Below the pieces are notes generated by a model. That model had not been told where the DNA came from and searched no databases. It saw only the letters and a program-made list of their open reading frames with translations. Position numbers and translations under genes: made by a program. Positions 1-6,684 of a DNA stretch of 15,976 nucleotides are shown one piece after another. The stretch is taken from NCBI GenBank assembly GCA_043806595.1, contig JAZDGU010000048.1, positions 1-15,976 of the forward strand. Direction: 5' to 3'. The number at the start of each line of letters is the position of its first letter. Positions within the stretch are counted from its first letter, which is position 1. Origin of the DNA: Candidatus Micrarchaeota archaeon. GTDB taxonomy: Archaea; Micrarchaeota; Micrarchaeia; Norongarragalinales; SBBD01.

Positions 1-132
1 TTCGGAAGCCAGTCCGACCGAGGAGCGCAAACGACTTCCGTGTTGATGAGTTTCTTTCAAACGGCAAGGTTGCGGGAAGAAAACTTTACCGATTTCATGC
101 AGGAAATGGCGCAAAACCGCCTACAAAACTAA
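1..132 (+). CDS. IS66-like transposase, C-terminal 43 aa (partial)
   Basis: Open frame from the window edge to TAA at 130-132 with a G-S-x-S-x-x-G-A...L-M-S-x-x-x-T-x-x-L pattern; more AT-rich than the host genes. Confidence 0.7.
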   Translation, partial: FGSQSDRGAQTTSVLMSFFQTARLREENFTDFMQEMAQNRLQN

Positions 133-140
133 ACCGATAC
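1..140 (+). mobile_element. Right end of an IS66-family (ISBst12-like) insertion sequence, truncated by the window edge
   Basis: Frame +1 reads FGSQSDRGAQTTSVLMSFFQTARLREENFTDFMQEMAQNRLQN* (stop 130-132), resembling the IS66 transposase C-terminus. It is followed by the end CTAAACCGATAC (to 140), similar to the ...CTAAAC/CTGAAY-NNTTAC ends I recall for ISBst12-type elements. Exact reverse complement of 15837-15976. Confidence 0.75.
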
Positions 141-205
141 AAAAAATTGTATTCACATTCCACAATGTGGACAAAAAGTGAATCCACCGGAGAGGACGAC
201 AGTGT

Positions 206-234
206 AAAAAAACGCGGCGTCGGTCTTCGCCGCG
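206..234 (-). terminator. Hairpin plus T7 terminator downstream of purD
   Basis: Minus strand reads CGCGGCG-AAGACCGA-CGCCGCG-TTTTTTT: perfect 7-bp GC stem then 7 T, starting 5 nt after the purD stop. Confidence 0.7.
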
Positions 235-239
235 AAAGT

Positions 240-1589
240 TTATTTGCGTTTCTTCAGCTCGTTTAAGTGCCTGACGCGCTTCTGGATGAGTTCGAGCGTG
301 CCGATGTCGGCCCTGTGGCGCACCGGACCCCGGATACTTTTCACCGCCTTCTCCGCGACCTTCTCTGCAGCTTCAATCGTCGGCGCGATTCCCACGCACG
401 CGATGGCGCGCGAGGTCCCCATCCTGTACGACCCCGGAGTGCCCGAGGACTCGACGGAGCCGAGGTAGTATTTGGCGCCCGCCTGTTTGGCCGCGTAGTC
501 GGAAAGCGCGGAGACGTCGACGGCGTTGCCGTTCCTCTTCGGGTTCTCGGGGTAGCCCTCGGGCACCGCGTACTTGCACACGGTGGCCTGGGCGGAGAAG
601 GAAAGCTTGAGGGACGAGAGCCTGCCCTCGGCGGCAGCCCTGCAGACTTCGACGAAGTCGGTCTCCAACAGCGGCAGGACGTTCATAATCTCGGGGTCGC
701 CGAAACGCGCGTTGTACTCGATGAGCTTTACGCCGCCCGCGGTCACCATGAAACCGCCGTACATCACGCCCCGGTAGTACTCGCCGGTCTCCTTGAAAAG
801 CGCCTGCGCGAGCCTCTCGGTAATCTCCTTGGCGTCCCCGACGTCCTCCTTGGAAAGGAAGGGCAGGAGGTGGTTCGCGCCGGAGTAGGAGCCCATTCCG
901 CCCGTGTTCGGCCCGCGGTCGCCCTCATAGGCGCGCTTGTGGTCCTGCACCGCCGGGCAGGGAACCACGGTCCGGCCGTCGGTGATGCACTGGAGGGAGA
1001 ACTCCTCGCCCTCGAGCTTCTCCTCGACGATGACGCGCGAGCCGCCGGCGAGGATTTCCCTGCAATACGCCAGCGAGTCGTCGATGCCGGAGAGGTGCTC
1101 GCCGAGCACGCGCACTCCCTTGCCTCCGGTCAGGCCGTCGGGCTTGACCACGAACTTCGCGAGGCTGATGAGGTAGTCCCGAAGGTCGTCTTCCGAGGAA
1201 AAGACCTTGTGTTCCGGATTCCCTTCGATGCGGTATTTGAGCATGAGGTCGCGGGTGAAGGACTTGCTGGTCTCCAGCCTAGCGAGCGACTTCGAGGGCC
1301 CGAAAGAGGGGACCCCGATTTCGTTCAAGGAGTCTACGGCCCCCAGCGCGAGCGCAGCCTCGGGGCTCATGACCCCTAGGTCTGCCGAAATTTCCTTGGC
1401 GAAGGACTTGAGCGCGGCAAGGTCGTCGAGCCTGCCGACCTGCACCCGCTTGGCCTTCGCGACCACGCCCGGATTAGCGTGCTGGAGGAAGGCGTAGAGC
1501 TCGGCTCCGGCGCTGCGGGCGATCGCCTCAGCAAGGCAGTCGGCGCGTGCGGTGGACCCGAGCCCGACGAGAAGAACCTTGGTTGCCAT
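240..1589 (-). CDS. purD: Phosphoribosylamine--glycine ligase (GAR synthetase)
   Basis: Motifs LETSKSFTRDLM, VVKPDGLTGGKGV, EEKLEGEEFS, QDHKRAYEGDRGPNTGGMGSYS, EYNARFGDPE, HRADIG. ATG at 1589 (MATKVLLVG) follows a GGAGGTG Shine-Dalgarno; the ORF-track extension to 1709 overlaps the upstream gene. Confidence 0.95.
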   Translation of the reverse strand: MATKVLLVGLGSTARADCLAEAIARSAGAELYAFLQHANPGVVAKAKRVQVGRLDDLAALKSFAKEISADLGVMSPEAALALGAVDSLNEIGVPSFGPSKSLARLETSKSFTRDLMLKYRIEGNPEHKVFSSEDDLRDYLISLAKFVVKPDGLTGGKGVRVLGEHLSGIDDSLAYCREILAGGSRVIVEEKLEGEEFSLQCITDGRTVVPCPAVQDHKRAYEGDRGPNTGGMGSYSGANHLLPFLSKEDVGDAKEITERLAQALFKETGEYYRGVMYGGFMVTAGGVKLIEYNARFGDPEIMNVLPLLETDFVEVCRAAAEGRLSSLKLSFSAQATVCKYAVPEGYPENPKRNGNAVDVSALSDYAAKQAGAKYYLGSVESSGTPGSYRMGTSRAIACVGIAPTIEAAEKVAEKAVKSIRGPVRHRADIGTLELIQKRVRHLNELKKRK

Positions 1590-1620
1590 ATTCCCCTCCC
1601 CACCTCCTGGCGGTTGAACT

Positions 1621-1938
1621 TCAGCCGAAGATGCTCCCGAACCCCTGCGTAGCGGAATCCTCGTCGGCACTAATCTTGGCGGAAATGTCGTCCTTGGCGT
1701 TGCCCTCAAGCTCCTTGGCGGACTCCAGCGGCTTAAGGCGCGCCTTCAGCCTTGACGCGAGCGAATCGTCGGCCGTCCGGAAGTGCAGGATGTAATCGCC
1801 TCCCTTGAGGCCCAGCGGCTTGCTCTCGCGGAGCGTGTAGCCGGCCTTGGCGAAGGAGTCGTCCGCGAAAGGCTCTGCGGCCAGGACGTCCTTCAGCTTT
1901 CCATAGTCAATGCCTCCGATGACGAAGACGTAATCCAT
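1621..1938 (-). CDS. Small hypothetical protein (105 aa) ending in GFGSIFG
   Basis: Clean ORF with host-like codon usage, G-rich RBS-like GGGGGGT upstream, in operon position before purD. Confidence 0.8.
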   Translation of the reverse strand: MDYVFVIGGIDYGKLKDVLAAEPFADDSFAKAGYTLRESKPLGLKGGDYILHFRTADDSLASRLKARLKPLESAKELEGNAKDDISAKISADEDSATQGFGSIFG

Positions 1939-1966
1939 CGCATACCCCCCTGCCTGCGTTTGTGCG

Positions 1967-3076
1967 TCAGACCCAGTAAGCGAGTTTTTTCAGCCCCGAA
2001 ATCTCGGACGTCCCCCTGCCCGAATATTTGCGCCTCCCGACGACCGCGGACACCTCGTTCGCGAAGACCGCATAGTCGATGTCGGCGCTCGGAAGCCCGA
2101 AACCACTTAAGAGCGCCGCGCCTTTAATAACCTTTTTCGTGGGCCTGAGCCTCGCCCTCACTTTGAGCTTGAACTTGCCGTCCGGCGATGAAGCGCGCGC
2201 GGAAGGCAGCCTCGAATTGAAGGAGGCCCTTGCCGTGGCATCGCCGTATATCTCGAACTTGCCGCTCTTCCAGTCCACCCAGTATACCTGGAAATTGACC
2301 GGCACGCGCCTGCCGCTCAAGTCGATGAAGAACTGCATGAGGCCGACGAACTTGGGGTTGCCCTTGCCAGAGGCCGGCTGGCACAGCGCGATGTTCCAGT
2401 TCCAGCCCGACGACACCATCGGAAGCGCGACGCGCACCGCCTCGGTGTAGGCGTAGGCGCCCTCGATCCTCGCGCCCACGAGCTCGGCTACCTCCGGCGG
2501 GAGGTTCATCGACTGAACGTCCCCTTCGGCGGAAATCTCGAGCGAACCCGCGAGCGGGTAGAGGACCCAGTTGCAGAGGATGCGCCCGAAGACGTTGAAC
2601 ACGCAACGGTAGTTCCCGATCTTGGGGAGCCTGCGGAAGGAATACCTGAACACGAGGCGGCCCCTGCCCCGGGGGACGGAGACGCACACCGCGTATTCGA
2701 GCCCGTTGTAGTCCCACGAGACCTCCCGGCCGGAGTCCTTGACGGAAGCCTTTCCGTCGGAGAACCTCGCCTGGCAGACGCCCTCGCCGAAAAGGAACGA
2801 CTTTCCGCCGACGCGCAGCTCGTTGAAAAGCCGGGTCTGCCTCTCGTCGAAGGCAAGCGCGGTGAAAGCCTCGGCGCCCTCGCCGTGCACGTATCCGTAG
2901 AACCAGCCCCGCTCGGATGCTGTCTTTGACCCGCGAAAGACCTCGGCCCCGGAGAACATGCCGGCGTAATGCGAGTACTTCGCGTCCTTCCTCGTGATCC
3001 TGCGGACTCCCCTCGTCCTCCCGTCGAAGAAGAATTCGAGTATGTCCTTGTTCGTCGCATGCATGCGCGGTCGCAC
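1967..3076 (-). CDS. Hypothetical beta-rich protein, possibly tocopherol-cyclase/AttH (lipocalin-like) fold
   Basis: 369-aa ORF fills the gap between elp3 (stop 3080) and the 105-aa gene. Aromatic beta-strand motifs GWFYGYV and GWNWN, C-terminal GRGTSE. Fold call is tentative; start may be GTG 3076 or ATG 3064. Confidence 0.65.
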   Translation of the reverse strand: MRPRMHATNKDILEFFFDGRTRGVRRITRKDAKYSHYAGMFSGAEVFRGSKTASERGWFYGYVHGEGAEAFTALAFDERQTRLFNELRVGGKSFLFGEGVCQARFSDGKASVKDSGREVSWDYNGLEYAVCVSVPRGRGRLVFRYSFRRLPKIGNYRCVFNVFGRILCNWVLYPLAGSLEISAEGDVQSMNLPPEVAELVGARIEGAYAYTEAVRVALPMVSSGWNWNIALCQPASGKGNPKFVGLMQFFIDLSGRRVPVNFQVYWVDWKSGKFEIYGDATARASFNSRLPSARASSPDGKFKLKVRARLRPTKKVIKGAALLSGFGLPSADIDYAVFANEVSAVVGRRKYSGRGTSEISGLKKLAYWV

Positions 3077-3079
3077 CGG

Positions 3080-4687
3080 TTAGGACAAGGGCTTGCCCAT
3101 ATAAAATCCGTCCCTTTCGTAGCCGAGGGAGCGGTAATAGTTCCTCACGCCCACGCCGCTCAAGACCAGCAGCCTGCGGCACCCGAACTCTTCCAACGCG
3201 ACCCGTTCCGCCTCGGCAAGCAGCTTCCTGCCGAGGCCGCCGTGCTGGATGGCGTCGAACCTGCCCGAGCCCTCCCTCTCCCCCACGCGAAGCTGCTCGC
3301 CGTAGACGTGGAGCTCGCGGACGCCCGCGGTACCGTCCGAAATCTCCGGCAGGAATGCCGCCTCACCCGGAATCCTCAGCCTCAGGAAGCCCAGCAGCGC
3401 GTCCGACCCGGCGTCCTCGAAGCTCAGGAAGACCTCGTCCCCGCCGGAGGCGCGGTAGTCCCGGCGCACGAGCGCAACGTCCTGCAGGTCAACATTCACG
3501 CCGCTTTTGAGCTGCCTGATGCCGGCCTCACGGCACCTGATGCAGCGGCAGCCGACGCCCTTGCCCTTCAATTCCCCGGCCACCAGTTCCCGCAGGTTGC
3601 TCTTCCCGACTCCGCCGGCAATGAGATTGGCTGGAATGTCGCGGTTGACGCGCATTATCCTGCAGTATTCCGGCACGAAGCGCTTGCATTCGGCGATGAC
3701 CTCGGCGGCCTGCCCGGAAGTGTAGGGCGCGTATTCCCCGCGCCGCCACATGTCATACAGGGGAGTGCCCGGCATGACGAGCGTCGGATAAATCTTGAGC
3801 ATGTCCGGCTGGAAGCGTTCATCGGAAAAAAGCGTGCGGAAGTCTTCGATGTCCTGGGCCCGGTCGGCGAACAGGCCGGGCATCATGTGGTAGCACACCT
3901 TCAGGAAAGAATCCTTCAGGCGCGCGGTAGCATGCACAACATCCCCGACCGTGTGCCCGCGGCCGCTTTTCCGCATCACTTCCTCGGAAAGCGACTGCAC
4001 GCCGATCTCGACGCGCGTCATGCCGTAGGCAAGCATGTCGGAAACCTGCCGGGGCGAGCAATGGTCCGGGCGGGTCTCGAAGGTGAGGCCGACCATGCGG
4101 TGCGCCGCGGCCTCGTTCAGCGACTGCGCCTCGTCTAATGAAGAGGAAGGCCTGCAGTTCAACGCATCGAAGATGCCCTTCACGAAGACGTCGGTATACT
4201 CCTTCGGGGCGGCATTGAAGGTCCCTCCCTGCACGATGACCTCGCACTTGTCCGTGACGTGGCCGATGAGCGCGAACTGCCTCAAGCGCGCGGAAACCTG
4301 GCGGAACGAATCGTAGTCGTTCTGGGCGGCGCGGCGTGCCGCCGGCTCCTTGCCGGTATACGCCTTCGGCGAGCCCGCGTCCACGCCGCCGGGGCAGTAG
4401 ATGCACCTGCCGGGGCACGGCATCGGCGCGGTCATGACCGCGATGTTGCTGATGCCGGAAAGCGAGCGCACGTCCTTTATCTTCAGCAGCTTCCGCCACT
4501 CCTCGGAGATGCCGCCCTCCATTTCCTCGACGTACATGACGATGTCCGGGTTCTTCAGCACGCCGGGGAGCCTGAGGTCGCTGCACACGCGCATCTTCAG
4601 GCGCTCTAGCCCGACGCGCGTCGCCGGCGGCGACTTCGAAAGCTCTTCGTAAATGACCCGGAGCGCCTGCTCCCGTTTGGAAGGCAT
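3080..4687 (-). CDS. elp3: Elongator protein 3, tRNA U34 carboxymethyltransferase (radical SAM + KAT)
   Basis: RSLSGISNIAVMT, CPGRCIYCPGG (Fe-S motif), GGTF, ETRPD, RVEIGVQS, LKIYPTLV, CRCIRCRE, RELHVYG, QHGGLGRKLL, SGVGVRNYYRSLGY. Confidence 0.95.
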   Translation of the reverse strand: MPSKREQALRVIYEELSKSPPATRVGLERLKMRVCSDLRLPGVLKNPDIVMYVEEMEGGISEEWRKLLKIKDVRSLSGISNIAVMTAPMPCPGRCIYCPGGVDAGSPKAYTGKEPAARRAAQNDYDSFRQVSARLRQFALIGHVTDKCEVIVQGGTFNAAPKEYTDVFVKGIFDALNCRPSSSLDEAQSLNEAAAHRMVGLTFETRPDHCSPRQVSDMLAYGMTRVEIGVQSLSEEVMRKSGRGHTVGDVVHATARLKDSFLKVCYHMMPGLFADRAQDIEDFRTLFSDERFQPDMLKIYPTLVMPGTPLYDMWRRGEYAPYTSGQAAEVIAECKRFVPEYCRIMRVNRDIPANLIAGGVGKSNLRELVAGELKGKGVGCRCIRCREAGIRQLKSGVNVDLQDVALVRRDYRASGGDEVFLSFEDAGSDALLGFLRLRIPGEAAFLPEISDGTAGVRELHVYGEQLRVGEREGSGRFDAIQHGGLGRKLLAEAERVALEEFGCRRLLVLSGVGVRNYYRSLGYERDGFYMGKPLS

Positions 4688-4709
4688 GGGACTACGCTAT
4701 GGCGGAAAA

Positions 4710-4719
4710 GGAATAAAAG
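4710..4719 (-). promoter_or_regulatory. Putative TATA box (CTTTTATTCC) of the elp3 operon
   Basis: AT-rich box ~23 nt upstream of the ATG, consistent with a leaderless archaeal transcript; the same motif recurs upstream of lhr and the GIDE gene. Confidence 0.55.
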
Positions 4720-4738
4720 ACCGGACGGACCGGCGTTT

Positions 4739-5077
4739 TCAGCGTTCGCGGGCGAACAGCAGAACGCCGGCGAAGAGCGAGATGAGCCCGAGCACTGCGT
4801 CGACCAGTATGGTCTGCATAAACGCGTTGTTGATCTGGTTTATGCTCTCCTGTATAATCTGCCGGGCCTGCTGCGAGTTCGCGGAAATGTCGGCGTCGGT
4901 CTGGCCGAGGGCCCTCGCCTGCTCCTCGCTCGCGGAAATCTGGGCCTCGAGGAGGGGCTTGCTTATCTCCGACTGCGCGGACGTGATCGCCAGCTGGTTG
5001 TACTGGCTGACCGCGACGGCGAAAAACGACACACCGAGGAGAATGAAAACGTAGCTCAAGGCAACCTTAATCGACAT
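4739..5077 (-). CDS. Small membrane protein, two TM helices flanking a Q-rich coiled coil
   Basis: Hydrophobic N-terminal (VALSYVFILLGVSFFAVAV) and C-terminal (ILVDAVLGLISLFAGVLLFA) segments; purine-rich RBS-like sequence upstream. Confidence 0.8.
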   Translation of the reverse strand: MSIKVALSYVFILLGVSFFAVAVSQYNQLAITSAQSEISKPLLEAQISASEEQARALGQTDADISANSQQARQIIQESINQINNAFMQTILVDAVLGLISLFAGVLLFARER

Positions 5078-5124
5078 TGACCCCCACCCTCTCCCTAAAG
5101 GAGAACCGGATTAACACCCCCCAC

Positions 5125-5168
5125 ATTTAAAAAACGCAACCCACCGGCCGGAACACCCTTTAAAAAAA
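5125..5168. promoter_or_regulatory. Divergent TATA boxes for the membrane-protein gene (-) and tRNA-Thr (+)
   Basis: ATTTAAAAAA at ~5125-5134 and TTTAAAAAAA at ~5159-5168, the latter ~26 nt before the tRNA 5' end. Confidence 0.6.
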
Positions 5169-5193
5169 GCCGCAAACACAACCCTTACCGTAT

Positions 5194-5319
5194 GCCTCCG
5201 TAGCTCAGCAGCAGAGCGCCTGTCTTGTAACCTTGCCCGCGCCAAAGAAAACGTCTTGATGCGCGAAGTCATCGGCGCAGGAAAACAGGAGGTCGAGGGT
5301 GCGACCCCCTCCGGAGGCT
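5194..5319 (+). tRNA. tRNA-Thr(UGU) with 54-nt intron at canonical position 37/38 (5230-5283); CCA not encoded
   Basis: Acceptor GCCTCCG/CGGAGGC + T73; D stem GCTC/GAGC; anticodon stem CCTGT/ACAGG; anticodon TGT 5226-5228; T stem GAGGG/CCCTC. BHB-type central helix CUUG (5224-27) : CAGG (5278-81) with 3-nt bulges UA^A and AA^A. Confidence 0.92.
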
Positions 5320-5345
5320 CTTCAATCGGAATGCGGTGAATTGGC

Positions 5346-5564
5346 ATGGCTAGGATCATCGTCCACGAAGCGCAGGGGCCCATGGAAATCAGGGCCGGCA
5401 GCGGGAGCAGGTGGCTCTGCCGGTGCGGGCTTTCAAAGAACCAGCCGTACTGCGACGGCTCGCACAAAAGGACGCTCGACGAAGGGAAGGGCAAGGTATA
5501 CAGGTACAAGACGGACGGGACGCGGGAGGAGACGGACGCAGGGGACTCGGTCGTCATCAAGTGA
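5346..5564 (+). CDS. CDGSH iron-sulfur domain protein (mitoNEET-like 2Fe-2S)
   Basis: WLCRCGLSKNQPYCDGSH matches C-x-C-x2-S-x3-P-x-CDGSH; GGTGA SD upstream. Confidence 0.93.
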   Translation: MARIIVHEAQGPMEIRAGSGSRWLCRCGLSKNQPYCDGSHKRTLDEGKGKVYRYKTDGTREETDAGDSVVIK

Positions 5565-5569
5565 AGGCA

Positions 5570-6307
5570 TCACCGCAGGTGCCTGACCTCGGGGAACTCG
5601 CGCACGGTCATGCCCTCCTCGTCGATGACCACGGGCACGAACCCTCCGACGTCGCACTTGCCCAAAATCGGCGAGACGAACTCGTCCTCGCCGTCGTCCT
5701 CGCGGGTTACGTCATAGCCGGCGGCCATCGGGGAAAACGAGGGAAGCACGAGCAGCGGCTTGCGGTTATACGTCCCCTTGAGCAGGCACTTGAACTTGCG
5801 CGGCACGCCGATCTCGTCCCGTATGCTAACCGCGGGGTGGACGTGCCCGATGACGAGAGTCTTATAGGCCTTCATTTTCCCGAAGTCAGGGTAGTCCTCG
5901 AGACGCCGGTGGCCGTGCACGAAAAGGAAGCCCTTCTCGAGATGGTAGTCCGCGGAACGCAGGTGGCGGGCGCGCAGCACCTTGGAAAGGTAGTTGTCAT
6001 GGTTGCCCCTCACGAATATCGGCTCCACGCGGCGCCTGGCGATGAAATCAAGGAGCGCCCCGACCTCGCCCCATTCCTGCTGGAGCGCGCGTGAGAAGCC
6101 GTGCTTGATGTCGCCGTTGAAGAGTATGCGCCTTGCGCCGGTCTCGTCGAGCATGGCGCCGATGGAGGACTCAACCTGCGGGTACTGGGATACCGGCACC
6201 TGGATGCCCCTCGATTGGAGCACTGCCTCGTAGCCGAGCTGGAGGTCGCTGACCGCTAGCAGGCCGAGCTCGTCGAAGAACACTCCGAGGCGGGGAAGCA
6301 CAATCAA
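5570..6307 (-). CDS. Calcineurin-like metallophosphoesterase (Lhr-associated MPE family)
   Basis: SDLQLG, NGDIKH, RGNHD, HGH, GHVHP, LPSFSP motifs. Likely TTG start at 6307 overlapping the upstream TGA; the ORF-track extension to 6664 is a shadow of the upstream gene. Confidence 0.88.
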   Translation of the reverse strand: MIVLPRLGVFFDELGLLAVSDLQLGYEAVLQSRGIQVPVSQYPQVESSIGAMLDETGARRILFNGDIKHGFSRALQQEWGEVGALLDFIARRRVEPIFVRGNHDNYLSKVLRARHLRSADYHLEKGFLFVHGHRRLEDYPDFGKMKAYKTLVIGHVHPAVSIRDEIGVPRKFKCLLKGTYNRKPLLVLPSFSPMAAGYDVTREDDGEDEFVSPILGKCDVGGFVPVVIDEEGMTVREFPEVRHLR

Positions 6308-6684
6308 GCCCCATCGACCTTCGCGGCAAGCTCGCCCGTCTTCCTGCGGAGGAGCAGGAAAAGCGCGTCGTAGGATTCCGGCGAATCCGGCAGGGGCACG
6401 TCCCATTCCTCTGAACCCGGGGCGTCGAAGCCAGCGTGGCTCTTCGTCAAAAACACGACCTTGTCCGCGGAGTCGATCATCTGCTGGGTGAGGCGCTTGG
6501 GCCGCAGGCCCTGGCAGGAGATGCCGCGGCGGGAAAGGGTGGCCATGGCCTGAGTCTTGACCGAATGCACGGGATCGATTCCCGCGCTGGAGGCGCGCGA
6601 ACGGCGGGAGGCGTGGTTGTAAATCGCCTCCGCCATGGGGCTGCGCACGGAATTGTGGCTGCACACGAAGAGCACGCGTTTCAT
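6304..6684 (-). CDS. Low-molecular-weight protein tyrosine phosphatase / ArsC-fold protein (126 aa)
   Basis: MKRVLFVCSHNSVRSPMAEA (CX5R P-loop), SAGI, RPKRLT...ADKVV. Real start is ATG 6684, overlapping the lhr stop (ATGA); it is the tail of the 6304..7743 ORF. Confidence 0.88.
   Translation of the reverse strand: MKRVLFVCSHNSVRSPMAEAIYNHASRRSRASSAGIDPVHSVKTQAMATLSRRGISCQGLRPKRLTQQMIDSADKVVFLTKSHAGFDAPGSEEWDVPLPDSPESYDALFLLLRRKTGELAAKVDGA

Noticed and set aside
5256..5283. C/D-box guide RNA inside the tRNA intron (TTGATGC resembles box C)
   Set aside because: Box C is imperfect and there is no CTGA box D in the intron
5111..5586. ORFs 5111..5560 (-) and 5299..5586 (+)
   Set aside because: They overlap the tRNA and the CDGSH gene and have no protein-like features
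6308..6664. N-terminal extension of the metallophosphoesterase ORF
   Set aside because: Off-frame overlap with the phosphatase gene; family motifs begin just after 6307
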